Assembly: GCA_902624785.1 (NCBI GenBank)
Contig: CACNYU010000001.1
Span: 18,737-82,736, forward strand
Reading direction: 5' to 3'
DNA from: an uncultured Prochlorococcus sp.
Lineage (GTDB): Bacteria; Cyanobacteriota; Cyanobacteriia; PCC-6307; Cyanobiaceae
Length of the DNA stretch: 64,000 bases
The position numbers were made by a program, and so were the translations under genes. Below the pieces are notes generated by a model. The model saw nothing but the letters and a program-made list of their open reading frames with translations, was not told where the DNA came from and ran no database searches. The first letter of the stretch is position 1; every line of letters starts with the position of its first letter. Of the stretch, positions 63,500-64,000 are shown one piece after another.

Positions 63500-63615
63500 C
63501 TTATTTCCACCATTAGATTAACTTATCTTATATATTTTATGATTTCATTAAGAATAGATACTTATTACTAATAAAATTTTGTATTTTAATTTTATAAATC
63601 TTTTGAAAATTGAAT

Positions 63616-64000
63616 TTAGATAATAAACAAATCTCTTTTGTTTCTATGGTATGCCTTGTTAATTTTGCCACCATTACAATTATTACCAATCTTGAAAAAG
63701 CTAGATGTTCCCTTTAATAAATCTATATCATTAGTAATTTTTGAAAGTTTCAAGGATAAGTTTGAAAATAATGCTCTATTAACTTGGTTGGCCTTAATTT
63801 TATTTTGATATCGATGCCAAAGTTCTTTATCCTTAAAAAGTATTATTTCACCAGATAAAATAACATTAGATGATTCAAAACTCCAGCTAGCCGATTTTTT
63901 TTTATTAGGTTTGCGAGTATAAAAAATTCCTTTTATTTTATTATCATTAAAAATTTTTCCTTTTAGTGAATTCTCCCTTCTTTCTGAGAGAACTATAGTT
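63616..64000 (-). pseudogene. 3' part of a hypothetical gene with an in-frame stop (enters from the window edge)
   Basis: 127-codon frame broken only by TAA at 63936-63934. Confidence 0.4.

Noticed and set aside
1-64000. Prophage, tycheposon, IS element, CRISPR or anti-phage defence system
   Set aside because: No integrase, transposase, tRNA attachment site, repeat-spacer array or recognisable nuclease/NTPase defence gene was seen

Overview
Very AT-rich cyanobacterial chromosome segment, most consistent with a high-light Prochlorococcus. The assignment rests on the hli gene arrays, Som porins, ure/urt organisation and many Prochlorococcus-type small hypothetical genes. It has a few housekeeping genes (dusB, selO, pip, desA) inside an accessory region with three themes. 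(1) Nitrogen scavenging: ureDABC/ureEFG, urtABCDE, an Aap/Bzt-type amino-acid ABC transporter, a BCCT transporter, an ammonium transporter, tandem porins and several NtcA-type boxes. (2) An RNA layer missed by the ORF track: two glutamine-II (Downstream-peptide) riboswitch candidates with their peptides, a candidate Yfr1-like sRNA under a canonical NtcA promoter whose seed matches the neighbouring porin 5' UTR, and a second short sRNA candidate. (3) Unusual photosystem II small-subunit paralogues: a PsbY-like/PsbF-like fusion lacking the heme His, a Psb34-like protein, a His-tailed PsbN, four Hlips and a fibrillin. There are also many sub-60-aa ORFs, several forming paralogue pairs. I saw no tRNA, rRNA, CRISPR, integrase or transposase. 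All family assignments come from motif recognition by eye, with no database searches.
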